From Clostridiaceae bacterium (lineage in GTDB: Bacteria > Bacillota > Clostridia > CAYPLH01 > DUMO01), in contig DUMO01000005.1 of NCBI GenBank assembly GCA_012839865.1, forward strand, positions 1 to 61,873: 61,873 bases of DNA, in the 5' to 3' direction. The notes below the pieces were generated by a model. The model saw only the letters and a program-made list of their open reading frames with translations, was not told the origin of the DNA and did no database searches. Shown piece by piece: positions 29,135 to 38,438 of the stretch (its first letter is position 1; each line of letters starts with the position of its first letter). A program made the translations under genes and the position numbers.

Positions 29135-29155
29135 CAAAAAGGTAGCCAAGAAGAT

Positions 29156-29423
29156 TGAAATGTATGCAAAACAATAACAAATGGCTTTATTTTGCTGGAA
29201 AACCATGTGAGCTGAAGGCAAAAATGTGTGAAAAAGCAGGATGTTTTTTTAGCTTTTTTTAAACTGCAGAGGGCGAGTAAAAGCAGTAGCATTTTTGCCT
29301 TCGGCAATCCTGTGTGTTTTCTCAAAATACGAGCCTTGTTCCAGAAAAGCTTGGGGGCATCGAGCCCCGCTCGCTTTTGGCTGGATTTTGCTTCGCAAAT
29401 AGCCCTGTTCTTCATATATTTCA
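29156..29423 (+). mobile_element. Dispersed MITE-like repeat, copy 2 (full long form, 268 bp)
   Basis: TIRs TGAAATGTATGCAAAACA / rc TGAAATATATGAAGAACA (15/18); internal inverted repeat 29211-29226/29290-29305. Confidence 0.82.
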
Positions 29424-29482
29424 GGTTGCGTTTGAACAGTAGCTTTGCATATATTGGTACAAAAAATTATTTAAAAATTCTG

Positions 29483-29511
29483 TTGACATTATTTTTTTTT
29501 GCTCTTATAAT
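29483..29511 (+). promoter_or_regulatory. Consensus sigmaA promoter of tRNA-Lys
   Basis: TTGACA-17 nt-TATAAT with an AT-rich upstream element. Confidence 0.9.
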
Positions 29512-29531
29512 AAATAGGTGCTTGGTGATAT

Positions 29532-29607
29532 GCGCCATTAGCTCAGTTGGTAGAGCACCTGACTCTTAATCAGGGTGTCCCGGGTTCGAGTCCCTGATGG
29601 CGCACCA
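29532..29607 (+). tRNA. tRNA-Lys (anticodon CTT), CCA encoded
   Basis: GCGCCAT/ATGGCGC acceptor stem, AGCTCAGTTGGTAGAGC D arm, CCTGA-CTCTTAA-TCAGG anticodon arm, GTTCGAG T loop. Confidence 0.98.
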
Positions 29608-29620
29608 GATATGTAAATAA

Positions 29621-29653
29621 AAAACCGCCTGTATAAGGCGGTTTTGTTGTTTT
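29621..29653. terminator. Bidirectional intrinsic terminator
   Basis: AAAACCGCCT-GTATA-AGGCGGTTTT between the convergent tRNA and lipoprotein genes. Confidence 0.85.
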
Positions 29654-29663
29654 ACCGGGTAAT

Positions 29664-30293
29664 TTACTCACCTGCTTCACCATCAAAATTAAAGCTTTCT
29701 TCCATCTCCTCTATTGCAGCAACCATTCCTCCAAGTATTGCATTCCTGAACTCGTCGTTGGCATCTATTTTCCAGCTGTTCTCATGACTGTACAGCATGA
29801 CTTCAACTGTGGATGTTTTCATTTGGTTGTCTTCTCTTTTTAATAAGTCTGTATAAATTTGTTTCATCTGTTCATTCAACTCTTCATCGCTTATTGCATT
29901 TTCACCTGCAAAGGCATTGCTGAGAGCAAGGGCAAACATTTGCGGGAAGAACTCCTGCATGATGATACCCATATCTATATTTGTAATTTCAACTTTGACC
30001 GTAGCTGCGTCGTTGCCTGCTTTTGAAGAAGATAAAACCTTGAAACTCAATTTGTTAAATATAAGTTTGAGGGTTTCTTCATTCTCCATGAACTCATCAT
30101 CTTCTGCCACTGTATCTCCTTCAAACAAGTCGTCGAATTCGAAATATTTGCCTGCCGTTTCCCTGTCCATATTCTTAACAGCGGTTAAAGCATTTATTAC
30201 AGCCTGTTCCGGTGTTTCAGCCTTTTTTCCACAGCCTGTGGCAGCAGCCAGTACTAACAAAATAATAATAAATATGTAAACTTTATTACGCAT
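29664..30293 (-). CDS. Uncharacterised lipoprotein (DUF5105/DUF4878-like)
   Basis: Signal peptide with ATG-C lipobox; NTF2-like pattern ATVKVEITNID...WKI. Confidence 0.6.
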   Translation of the reverse strand: MRNKVYIFIIILLVLAAATGCGKKAETPEQAVINALTAVKNMDRETAGKYFEFDDLFEGDTVAEDDEFMENEETLKLIFNKLSFKVLSSSKAGNDAATVKVEITNIDMGIIMQEFFPQMFALALSNAFAGENAISDEELNEQMKQIYTDLLKREDNQMKTSTVEVMLYSHENSWKIDANDEFRNAILGGMVAAIEEMEESFNFDGEAGE

Positions 30294-30525
30294 TTAATAA
30301 TGCTCCTTTCTCTTACTTTGTTTTATATTACCAAAAAGTGCAAATGATTTCAACCAAGTTCTTCCGAAATACCCAAAAATTTTTTACTACATTCATTGGC
30401 TCAATGTTATTTCAATAAAGTGGAATGTGCAAATTTTTTCAGACCTTTCTTATATATTTTTTTGATATCTTAATATATACTGGGGTTAGAATATATAAAT
30501 ATTATACAGATTGGAGTGAATTGTC

Positions 30526-31314
30526 ATGAAATACTCATTTATGAGTTTTTCCACACCTGGACTTGATTTTGATCAAATTTTAAAGGTAGCAAAACTATAT
30601 GGATATAATGGGTTTGAACCACGTATTGATGCAGGTCATAAACACAACATTGAATCAACTTCATCAAAAACTGCTCTGAGGGAAGCAAAGCTGAAAGCTG
30701 CAGAAGCAGGTATAAAAATTTGCTGCATAGCCACTTCCTGCAATTTCTCAAATCCTGATATTACCGAGGCGAATATTGAATCCGCAAAGCGGGCCCTTGA
30801 CCTTGCCGCGGAAGTTGAAGCTCCTGCAATAAGGGTTTTCGGAGGATTTATCCCCGAAGGCGTGAGCAGGGAGAAAAGCCGTGATTTGGTTATTAATGCC
30901 ATGATAAAGCTTGCTCCGATTGCAGCCGACAGAAATGTATCAATTTGCATTGAAACCCATGACAGCTGGTGCGACCCTGCACAAGTTGCGGATATTGTCA
31001 GGAATGTCAACCATCCTAATGTTGCCGTCAACTGGGACATAATGCATCCTGTGTTAAGGGAAGGGTATACGATTGAAAAGTCATTCAATACTTTAAAACC
31101 CTGGATTAAGCATGTACATGTCCATGACGGCACATTTGAAAACGATAAACTGGAGCTGAAACCCATAGGCCAGGGCAGTGTGGATCATAAAGCTGCAATT
31201 AATCTGTTGAAGGATTTGGGCTACAATGGATTTATAAGCGGAGAATGGATTGATTGGGAGCCTTACGATATACACCTGCCTCGTGAAATAGCAACACTGA
31301 AAAGTTATGAATAA
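30526..31314 (+). CDS. Sugar-phosphate isomerase/epimerase (xylose-isomerase-like TIM barrel)
   Basis: IRVFGG, ICIETHD, VNWDIMH, HVHVHD, GFISGEW. Confidence 0.85.
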   Translation: MKYSFMSFSTPGLDFDQILKVAKLYGYNGFEPRIDAGHKHNIESTSSKTALREAKLKAAEAGIKICCIATSCNFSNPDITEANIESAKRALDLAAEVEAPAIRVFGGFIPEGVSREKSRDLVINAMIKLAPIAADRNVSICIETHDSWCDPAQVADIVRNVNHPNVAVNWDIMHPVLREGYTIEKSFNTLKPWIKHVHVHDGTFENDKLELKPIGQGSVDHKAAINLLKDLGYNGFISGEWIDWEPYDIHLPREIATLKSYE

Positions 31315-31375
31315 AACGCCAGGTAACATCTGTGGCAGGCAGACAGCAATTGTTGAAAATGTTTTGAAAAATTTG

Positions 31376-31404
31376 TTGATTAATATATTTTATTGTGTTA
31401 TACT
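31376..31404 (+). promoter_or_regulatory. sigmaA promoter of rpsB-tsf
   Basis: TTGATT-17 nt-TATACT with an extended -10 TG. Confidence 0.7.
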
Positions 31405-31417
31405 ACTCAACGGAAAA

Positions 31418-31509
31418 AATACACACCTGGCAGGACTTGCGGGCGGTTGCCTTCGGGTTTCCTGCAGGGCTGACTGCCGGGGAGGTATTAAACGATAGGA
31501 GGAAAAAAC
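31418..31509 (+). promoter_or_regulatory. rpsB leader (S2 autogenous control RNA, Firmicutes type)
   Basis: ACACACC, then a CTGGCAG/CTGCCGG stem enclosing GCGGTTGCC, directly upstream of rpsB. Confidence 0.6.
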
Positions 31510-32343
31510 ATGTCAGTTATATCAATGAAACAACTGCTCGAAGCTGGTGTACACTTTGGCCATCAGACAAGAAGATGGAACCCTAAAATGGCAGAATATA
31601 TATTCATGGAAAGAAACGGAATATATATTATTGACCTGCAAAAGACTGTCAAGAAAATCGAAGAAGTTTATTTCCTGATCAGAGACCTTGCCATGAACGG
31701 TGAGCGCGTTCTTTTCGTAGGTACGAAGAAACAGGCCGCAGAGTCAATCAGGGAAGAGGCTGAAAGATGCGGAGAATTTTTTGTAAACGTCAGATGGCTG
31801 GGCGGAATGCTTACCAACTTCAACACAATTCGCAAGAGAGTGGAAAGGCTCAACAAGCTTAATGAAATGGAACAGGAAGGCGTATTTGATGTCCTTCCCA
31901 AGAAAGAAGTAATAAAGCTTCGCGGCGAAATGGAGAAGCTTGAAAAGTATCTTGGCGGAATCAAGAATATGGACAGACTTCCTGGAGTACTGTTTGTAGT
32001 TGATCCGAGAAAAGAAAGAATTGCAGTTTTGGAAGGCAGAAAACTGGGTATTCCGGTAGTTGCAATAGTTGACACCAACTGTGATCCGGACGAAGTGGAT
32101 TATGTAATACCCGGTAATGATGATGCAATCAGAGCTGTCAAGCTGATTGCTTCAAAAATAGCTGATGCAGTTCTTGAAGGCAAGCAGGGTGAACAGACTG
32201 AAGCTGCAGCCGGCAACAATGAACCCGTAGCTGAAAATGTATACGAAGAAGCTGAAAATGTTGAACGCGCAGAAGTAGACATCAATGATTTTGCTGAAAA
32301 CATGGATGTTGCGGAAAATGAATTTTCAAGCGAGGAAGAATAA
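31510..32343 (+). CDS. rpsB: 30S ribosomal protein S2 (acidic C-terminal tail)
   Basis: [36 protein letters not shown]. Confidence 0.98.
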   Translation: MSVISMKQLLEAGVHFGHQTRRWNPKMAEYIFMERNGIYIIDLQKTVKKIEEVYFLIRDLAMNGERVLFVGTKKQAAESIREEAERCGEFFVNVRWLGGMLTNFNTIRKRVERLNKLNEMEQEGVFDVLPKKEVIKLRGEMEKLEKYLGGIKNMDRLPGVLFVVDPRKERIAVLEGRKLGIPVVAIVDTNCDPDEVDYVIPGNDDAIRAVKLIASKIADAVLEGKQGEQTEAAAGNNEPVAENVYEEAENVERAEVDINDFAENMDVAENEFSSEEE

Positions 32344-32355
32344 TAACAACTCTGA

Positions 32356-32394
32356 TTTATGCATCCGGTCCTGATTGCGGACCGGATGCATAAA
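32356..32394 (+). other. Perfect 16-bp stem-loop between rpsB and tsf (no U tract)
   Basis: TTTATGCATCCGGTCC-TGATTGC-GGACCGGATGCATAAA. Confidence 0.7.
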
Positions 32395-32628
32395 CCGGCA
32401 TACATAGACTGAATAAACTGTTTTACTGAAAAACTATTAATAAAGGGTCATGGACAATATCCGGCCCAATAACAAAGGGCATCAATGCCCTTGAAGTTTG
32501 GATGCTTTTTAAGGTGAACCGGAAGCTGTTTGCCAAAGAGCAGTCAGAGTATAAAAAGCGATTATAGCTGGTTATAATAGTAAATAATATGTTTGACGGA
32601 TATTATATATTGTTTGGAGGTTTGGATA

Positions 32629-33273
32629 ATGATTAGTGCGAGTGTTGTAAAGGAACTTCGTGACAGAACCGGAGCCGGAATGATGGATTGCAAAAAAGCC
32701 CTTATGGATGCAAATGGCGATATGGACAAGGCAATTGAGATTTTAAGGGAAAAAGGCCTGGCGGCCGCTGCCAAAAAGGCAGGCAGGATTGCCGCAGAAG
32801 GTCTTGTTGAGTCATATATTCATGGTGGCGGACGAATCGGCGTACTTGTTGAAGTTAATATTGAAACTGATTTTGCAGCAAAAAATGAAACATTCAAGAC
32901 TTTCGTAAAAGATATTGCAATGCAAATTGCTGCTTCCAACCCCGAATACATAAGCAGGGATGATGTACCGGGGAATGTAATTGCCAAAGAAAAGGAGATT
33001 TTAAGAAATCAGGCTTTGAATGAAGGCAAACCGGAAAAGATTGTTGATAAAATGGTTGAAGGAAGGATTGAAAAATTCTTTAAGGAAAAATGTCTTTTAG
33101 AGCAACCTTTTATCAAAGATCCGGATAAGACAGTCGAACAGCTTCTTAAAGAGAAAATTGCTGTTATCGGCGAAAATATAGTTATCCGCAGATTTGCAAG
33201 ATTTGAAAGAGGAGAAGGAATAGAAAAGAAGGAAGAAAACTTCGCCGATGAAGTAATGAAACAGATAAAATAA
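32629..33273 (+). CDS. tsf: Elongation factor Ts (short, 214-aa form)
   Basis: [29 protein letters not shown] after GGAGG. Confidence 0.97.
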   Translation: MISASVVKELRDRTGAGMMDCKKALMDANGDMDKAIEILREKGLAAAAKKAGRIAAEGLVESYIHGGGRIGVLVEVNIETDFAAKNETFKTFVKDIAMQIAASNPEYISRDDVPGNVIAKEKEILRNQALNEGKPEKIVDKMVEGRIEKFFKEKCLLEQPFIKDPDKTVEQLLKEKIAVIGENIVIRRFARFERGEGIEKKEENFADEVMKQIK

Positions 33274-33284
33274 GAAAAATACCA

Positions 33285-33312
33285 AGGGGAACATCAAGGT
33301 GTTCCCTTTTTT
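33285..33312 (+). terminator. Intrinsic terminator after tsf
   Basis: GGGAACATC-AA-GGTGTTCCC followed by T6. Confidence 0.85.
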
Positions 33313-33319
33313 ATGGCAT

Positions 33320-33545
33320 TGTTTAAATTCCCGGTGGTAAAGATGACACCTAATGTAAATGGGACAGGGGAGTCCCTGAGCTTATTGCCTGAACTACAGG
33401 TGATAAAACTGATACCCGATGCAAACAGGGCAGGGGAGTCCCCAAAAGTTTAGTGTTTGAATTACGGGTGGTAAAACTGACACACAAAGTAAACGGAGCA
33501 GGAATGCGTGCTCCGGAGTTTGAAAATTTAGCTGTCAAAAGTGAC
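33320..33545. repeat. Degenerate ~66-bp tandem repeat (3 units plus a partial), each full unit with a hairpin
   Basis: GGTG(G/A)TAAA recurs at 33333, 33399 and 33467, and degenerately at 33531. Hairpins: GGGAC/GTCCC, GGGC/GTCC, GGAGCA/TGCTCC. Confidence 0.75.
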
Positions 33546-33609
33546 CGGATGGATTTTATCCAACCGGTCTATCAAAATAAAATTCTAATTAGACGGGGGT
33601 AAAAACCTG

Positions 33610-34320
33610 ATGCAAACACCAAAATATAAAAGAGTCGTACTAAAAGTTAGTGGAGAAGCGCTGGCGGGAGACAAGGGTTTTGGACTTGACAGTCACACTA
33701 TAAACAGCATTTCGGACAGCGTTGTTGAAGTTTATAAAATGGGAGTTGAAATTGCCATAGTTGTAGGTGGCGGTAATTTCTGGAGAGGCAGAAGCGGGAA
33801 AGGCATGGACCGTACAACCGCAGATCATATGGGAATGCTGGCAACAGTTATTAATGCCCTGGCGCTGAGGGATGCCTTTGAAAGCAAAAATATTCCAACC
33901 CGCGTTCAAACTGCAATAGAAATGAGACAAATAGCAGAGCCATATATAAGACTCAGAGCAATAAGACACCTTGAAAAAAAGCGAATTGTCATATTTGCCT
34001 GCGGTACAGGCAACCCGTATTTTTCAACGGATACCGCTGCTGCATTGAGAGCTGCTGAAATTGACGCAGATGTTATTCTTCTGGCTAAAAAAGTTGACGG
34101 AGTTTATGACTCGGATCCCAAAGACAATCCCGCCGCTCAAAAATTCAGCAGGCTTAAATATCTTGAGATACTCAACAATCGCCTGGGAGTTATGGATTCC
34201 ACCGCAACTTCATTGTGCATGGATAATAACATTCCAATAATAGTTTTTGGACTGGATCAGCCCGAAAACATAGTTAAAGTTGTCCTTGGGCAGGACATTG
34301 GTACAACGATTAATGAGTAG
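33610..34320 (+). CDS. pyrH: UMP kinase
   Basis: [35 protein letters not shown]. Confidence 0.98.
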   Translation: MQTPKYKRVVLKVSGEALAGDKGFGLDSHTINSISDSVVEVYKMGVEIAIVVGGGNFWRGRSGKGMDRTTADHMGMLATVINALALRDAFESKNIPTRVQTAIEMRQIAEPYIRLRAIRHLEKKRIVIFACGTGNPYFSTDTAAALRAAEIDADVILLAKKVDGVYDSDPKDNPAAQKFSRLKYLEILNNRLGVMDSTATSLCMDNNIPIIVFGLDQPENIVKVVLGQDIGTTINE

Positions 34321-34554
34321 TCTGGCGGATTTGTATTTGGAATCAAGGTTCAACCCGCAATTTGCAGATTTGCCATAAAATAAAATTTGGGATTGCATAA
34401 TTTGTATTATGTATATAAAATTATATTTGTGTATGGAAAATTTGTTGCGTGACGAAAAAATTCGCATATCCATGTTGCCTTATGAAGCTATGCTTTTATG
34501 TACTGTTTTTTAAACAGTATGAAAATTAAGACTTTGAATTTGGGAGGGGTAATT

Positions 34555-35112
34555 ATGGCTAAAACTGAGTACAAACCGATTGAAGAAAAGATGAAAAAGA
34601 CAATAAGTGTCTTGAAAGCCGAACTCAATAGTTTGAGGGCTGGTCGCGCCAACCCGGCAATTCTTGAAAAAATATCAGTGAATTATTATGGGGTTCCTAC
34701 TCCAATTACTCAATTAAGCAATATTTCAGTTCCTGAGGCAAGGGTAATAGTTATACAGCCCTGGGATTCAAAGATGCTGAAAGAAATTGAAAGAGAAATT
34801 CAAAAATCCGATATCGGCATTAATCCAATTAATGACGGTAAAATCATTCGCCTGATATTTCCCACCCTTACCGAAGAAAGAAGGAAAGAACTTATTAAAC
34901 AAGTAAAAAAGAGCGGTGAGGAGTCCAAGGTTGCCATCAGATCAATCAGACGTGATGCCATGGAAAACTACAAACAGATGCAAAAGAAAAGTGAGATTAC
35001 AGAAGATGATCTGAAGGCTACAGAAAAGGATATACAGGAGCTTACAGATAAATATATAGAAGAAGTGGATAAAACAGTTGAAGCAAAAAATAAGGAAATA
35101 CTTGAGGTTTAA
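34555..35112 (+). CDS. frr: Ribosome recycling factor
   Basis: [28 protein letters not shown] after GGAGG. Confidence 0.97.
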   Translation: MAKTEYKPIEEKMKKTISVLKAELNSLRAGRANPAILEKISVNYYGVPTPITQLSNISVPEARVIVIQPWDSKMLKEIEREIQKSDIGINPINDGKIIRLIFPTLTEERRKELIKQVKKSGEESKVAIRSIRRDAMENYKQMQKKSEITEDDLKATEKDIQELTDKYIEEVDKTVEAKNKEILEV

Positions 35113-35115
35113 TGC

Positions 35116-35316
35116 ATGTTGCCTGACATTGCCGGATATACTCTTGATGAAGCAAGAAAAATTCTGGATAAGCAAGGTTACGAAATATACAATGTAAAAG
35201 TTACTGCTCCACCTGGAGAAAGAATCACTGATTATGATGATTTTTTCAGGGTCGTAAAGGTCATGCCGGTTGACGGCAATAAAGTAGAGTTGCTGGTTGT
35301 AAAGCCCCTCCAATAG
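35116..35316 (+). CDS. Small single-PASTA-domain-like protein
   Basis: MLPDIAGYTLDEARKILDKQG resembles a PASTA N-terminus (vPdv.G.t..eA...L...G). Confidence 0.6.
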   Translation: MLPDIAGYTLDEARKILDKQGYEIYNVKVTAPPGERITDYDDFFRVVKVMPVDGNKVELLVVKPLQ

Positions 35317-35453
35317 GAGGGGTTTGTCATGTACCGATATTTTTTAGCAATTTTGCCGTTATGACACATCTATTGCTTTAAGTTTGTCAACTATATTATA
35401 ATAGGAGTGGTCATGCGGAAACTATTACCTTGGTTTTGTTTTCTTAATTTTGT

Positions 35454-36215
35454 TTGGAGGAGTTAATACTGTTTAGAATAGACTGGTTTGGAAAGAATAA
35501 CCTGTTAAGCAAAAAGGAAAGGCTGCCCGGGCATATTGCCATAATTATGGACGGGAACGGGCGTTGGGCGCAAAAAAGAGGTTTGCCGAGAACGGCAGGA
35601 CACAGGGAAGGCGCCCGGACCCTTAACAGAATAGTTAAATACTGCAGCACTATCGGTATCAAATACCTTACCGTGTATGCGTTTTCAACAGAAAACTGGT
35701 CAAGGCCGAAAAGTGAAGTTGATGCCTTAATGGAGCTTTTAAAGGAGTATCTTGATAAAGCCGACAAGGAACTTGAAGGGCATGATGTTAAAATAAACGT
35801 GCTTGGCAGCAGTGAAAGGCTTTCGGAGGATTTAAAGAAGAAAATTTCAAATGTGGTTGAAAAAACAGCGAACAATAAGGGCCTTGTATTGAATGTTGCC
35901 TTCAATTACGGAGGACGGGATGAAATTGTAAATGCCGTCAGGAAAATAGCTCAGGATGTCAAAAATGGAAACATAAAAATTCAGGATATAAACGAGTCAT
36001 TGGTTTCAAAAAAATTGTATACTGCAGGAATGCCTGACCCGGAACTGGTAATACGACCCAGCGGAGAAAAAAGAATAAGCAATTTTCTCATCTGGCAATC
36101 TTCGTATGCCGAGCTTTGGTACTCAAATGTTTTATGGCCGGACTTTAAAGAAAAGCATCTTATGCAGGCCATAAAGGATTTCAACAAGAGACATAGACGG
36201 TTTGGGGGAATTTAG
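35454..36215 (+). CDS. uppS: Undecaprenyl diphosphate synthase (start uncertain; possibly CTG at 35469)
   Basis: HIAIIMDGNGRWA, YAFSTENW, NYGGRDEI, IRPSGEKRISNFLIWQ. Confidence 0.96.
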   Translation: MEELILFRIDWFGKNNLLSKKERLPGHIAIIMDGNGRWAQKRGLPRTAGHREGARTLNRIVKYCSTIGIKYLTVYAFSTENWSRPKSEVDALMELLKEYLDKADKELEGHDVKINVLGSSERLSEDLKKKISNVVEKTANNKGLVLNVAFNYGGRDEIVNAVRKIAQDVKNGNIKIQDINESLVSKKLYTAGMPDPELVIRPSGEKRISNFLIWQSSYAELWYSNVLWPDFKEKHLMQAIKDFNKRHRRFGGI

Positions 36216-37055
36216 TTGCTGACCAGAATAATTAGTAGTGTTGTAGGACTTGCCTTGCTTGTTCTTATTGTGCTGTCCCATCAGATTGTGCTTGGAATAA
36301 GCGCTTTTATTTTTTCGCTTATTGGAATTTATGAGTTTTATGCCGCCCTTTCAAAGCAAGGACATAAACCAATAAAACCCATAGGATATATAGCCTGCCT
36401 GCCGGTTCTGCTGGTTGGAATTTTTGGATTGTCGGACAGAGTTGGTAATTTCACGGATGTGATTAGAGTATTAAATTATTTTTTAATGGCAGTTTATGCA
36501 GTTATTATAATTTTACTTGCGCATCTTGTTTTTTTAAATAAGTCGTACAAGCTGGTCGACCTAGCCATAACTGTATTTGGAATACTGTATGTTCCATTCC
36601 TGTTATCATTTATAGTCTTAACAAGAAACATTGAAAACGGTCTTTACTTTATCTGGTTTATTTTCATTGGAGCCTGGGGCACAGACACATTTGCGTATTT
36701 TTCAGGCATACTTTTTGGCAAAAGAAAGATAATACCGGAAATAAGCCCTAAAAAGACAGTTGAAGGCACAATAGGCGGAATTTTCGGTTGCATGGCGATT
36801 ACTGCAATATACGGGGCGTTTATAAATAATTTCCTGAATATTGAAGTTCCTTTATATCATCTTGCAATCTTGGGTGCATTGAACGGCATCATTTCCCAGA
36901 TCGGCGACTGGAGTGCTTCGGCAATAAAAAGATATGCCGGAATAAAGGATTTCGGGAAGATAATACCGGGGCACGGTGGAGTTTTGGACAGGTTTGACAG
37001 TGTCCTTTTGATCGGACCTGTAATTTATTTTTATTTTAGCATTTTTCATTTATAA
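36216..37055 (+). CDS. cdsA: Phosphatidate cytidylyltransferase
   Basis: DTFAYF, ISPKKTVEG, KDFGKIIPGHGGVLDRFDS. Confidence 0.96.
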   Translation: MLTRIISSVVGLALLVLIVLSHQIVLGISAFIFSLIGIYEFYAALSKQGHKPIKPIGYIACLPVLLVGIFGLSDRVGNFTDVIRVLNYFLMAVYAVIIILLAHLVFLNKSYKLVDLAITVFGILYVPFLLSFIVLTRNIENGLYFIWFIFIGAWGTDTFAYFSGILFGKRKIIPEISPKKTVEGTIGGIFGCMAITAIYGAFINNFLNIEVPLYHLAILGALNGIISQIGDWSASAIKRYAGIKDFGKIIPGHGGVLDRFDSVLLIGPVIYFYFSIFHL

Positions 37056-37223
37056 TTAATTTTAGGAATGCCCCGTGAGGGTAGAATTGCAAAAACAGCA
37101 CGATGATGTTTGGCTTCTTCCCGGGGAAATGGTCATGGTATTGAGTAAGGCCATGAATACGCTTGCCTGAAACTGTGCAAATGAAATGGAAAATAATCTT
37201 AATGTACGAATGAGGAGAATTCA

Positions 37224-38366
37224 ATGGCTAAAAAAGTTACCATTCTGGGTTCAACCGGGTCCATCGGGGTGCAAACCCTCGACGTAGCCCGTAATTTAAA
37301 TATAAAAGTGATTGCCCTTTCCGCAAACTCAAATATTGATTTGCTTGTTTCGCAGGCTATTGAATTTAAACCTTTTTATGTGGCCATTGGCAGACAGGAA
37401 CTGGAAAAAGACTTGAGAGAGAAATTAAAAGGTCTGGACATCAATGTTCTAAGCGGCATGGAGGGAATTTTGAAAATCGCCTCCCTCAAGGAAGCAGATA
37501 CCGTTGTCAATGCGATTGTGGGTATTGCAGGTCTTCTGCCTACATTGGAGGCAATCAGGAGCAAAAAGGATATTGCTATAGCCAACAAGGAAACCCTGGT
37601 GACAGCGGGAGCCTTGGTCACCAGGGAAGCAAGAGAGCATGGTGTCAGGCTGCTGCCGATAGACAGTGAGCATTCTGCAATCATGCAATGTCTGGCAGGA
37701 ACCAATAGAGATGAGGTTGAAAGAATAATTTTAACAGCTTCCGGGGGACCTTTCAGGGGCAAATCCATGAGTGAGCTGAAAGATGTCTCACCTGAAGATG
37801 CCCTGAAACACCCTAACTGGAACATGGGTCCCAAAATAACCATTGATTCGGCCACTCTTATGAATAAGGGCCTGGAAGTAATAGAAGCCAGATGGCTTTT
37901 TGGAATCCCCTTTGATAAAATAAAAGTTGTAATTCATCCGCAAAGCATTATCCATTCAATGGTTGAATATGTGGACGGATCATATATGGCACAACTGGGA
38001 GCGCCTGATATGAGAACTCCGATACAACTGGCTCTTACCTGGCCGGAAAGGGAAAAAAGCAGTTTTAGAAAACTGGACTTGATAAAAGCGGGAACATTGA
38101 CCTTTGAAGAGCCGGACTATGATGTTTTTCCATGCCTGAAGCTGGCATTTGACGCCGCCCAAAGGGGAGGAACAATGCCTGTTGTGCTGAATGCAGCCAA
38201 CGAGGAAGCTGTTGCGTTGTTTTTAAGGAAAAAAATCGGTTTTTACGATATACCCGGGATTATAAAAAAAGTAATGGAAAAGCATGATGTTTTGGATGCG
38301 GAAGTATTGGAAAATATTGAAAAATCAGATAAATGGGCAAGAAATGAAGTTCCTGGCATAAAATAA
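37224..38366 (+). CDS. dxr: 1-deoxy-D-xylulose-5-phosphate reductoisomerase
   Basis: LGSTGSIG, ANKETLV, LPIDSEHSA, KITIDSATLMNKGLEVIEA. Confidence 0.98.
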   Translation: MAKKVTILGSTGSIGVQTLDVARNLNIKVIALSANSNIDLLVSQAIEFKPFYVAIGRQELEKDLREKLKGLDINVLSGMEGILKIASLKEADTVVNAIVGIAGLLPTLEAIRSKKDIAIANKETLVTAGALVTREAREHGVRLLPIDSEHSAIMQCLAGTNRDEVERIILTASGGPFRGKSMSELKDVSPEDALKHPNWNMGPKITIDSATLMNKGLEVIEARWLFGIPFDKIKVVIHPQSIIHSMVEYVDGSYMAQLGAPDMRTPIQLALTWPEREKSSFRKLDLIKAGTLTFEEPDYDVFPCLKLAFDAAQRGGTMPVVLNAANEEAVALFLRKKIGFYDIPGIIKKVMEKHDVLDAEVLENIEKSDKWARNEVPGIK

Positions 38367-38438
38367 TTGCTGACAGATTATATTTGTGCTGTTGGAGATG
38401 AGAAGTTTTTTGCAGCTTGAATACAGGAGGTGGTTATA

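Noticed and set aside
29532..29660. tRNA-Lys as an integration site (att) for an island
   Set aside because: No integrase, and no duplicated tRNA 3' end seen in the window
32629..33273. Short 214-aa EF-Ts
   Set aside because: The short form is a known natural variant; start, RBS and stop look intact
33320..33545. CRISPR array interpretation (66-bp period)
   Set aside because: No invariant repeat with unique spacers, units similar along their whole length, and no cas genes; kept as a tandem repeat
35413..35466. 17-codon uORF with AGGAG upstream of uppS
   Set aside because: The AGGAG directly follows a likely -10 (TATAAT 35397-35402), so it is probably not transcribed; the peptide is unremarkable
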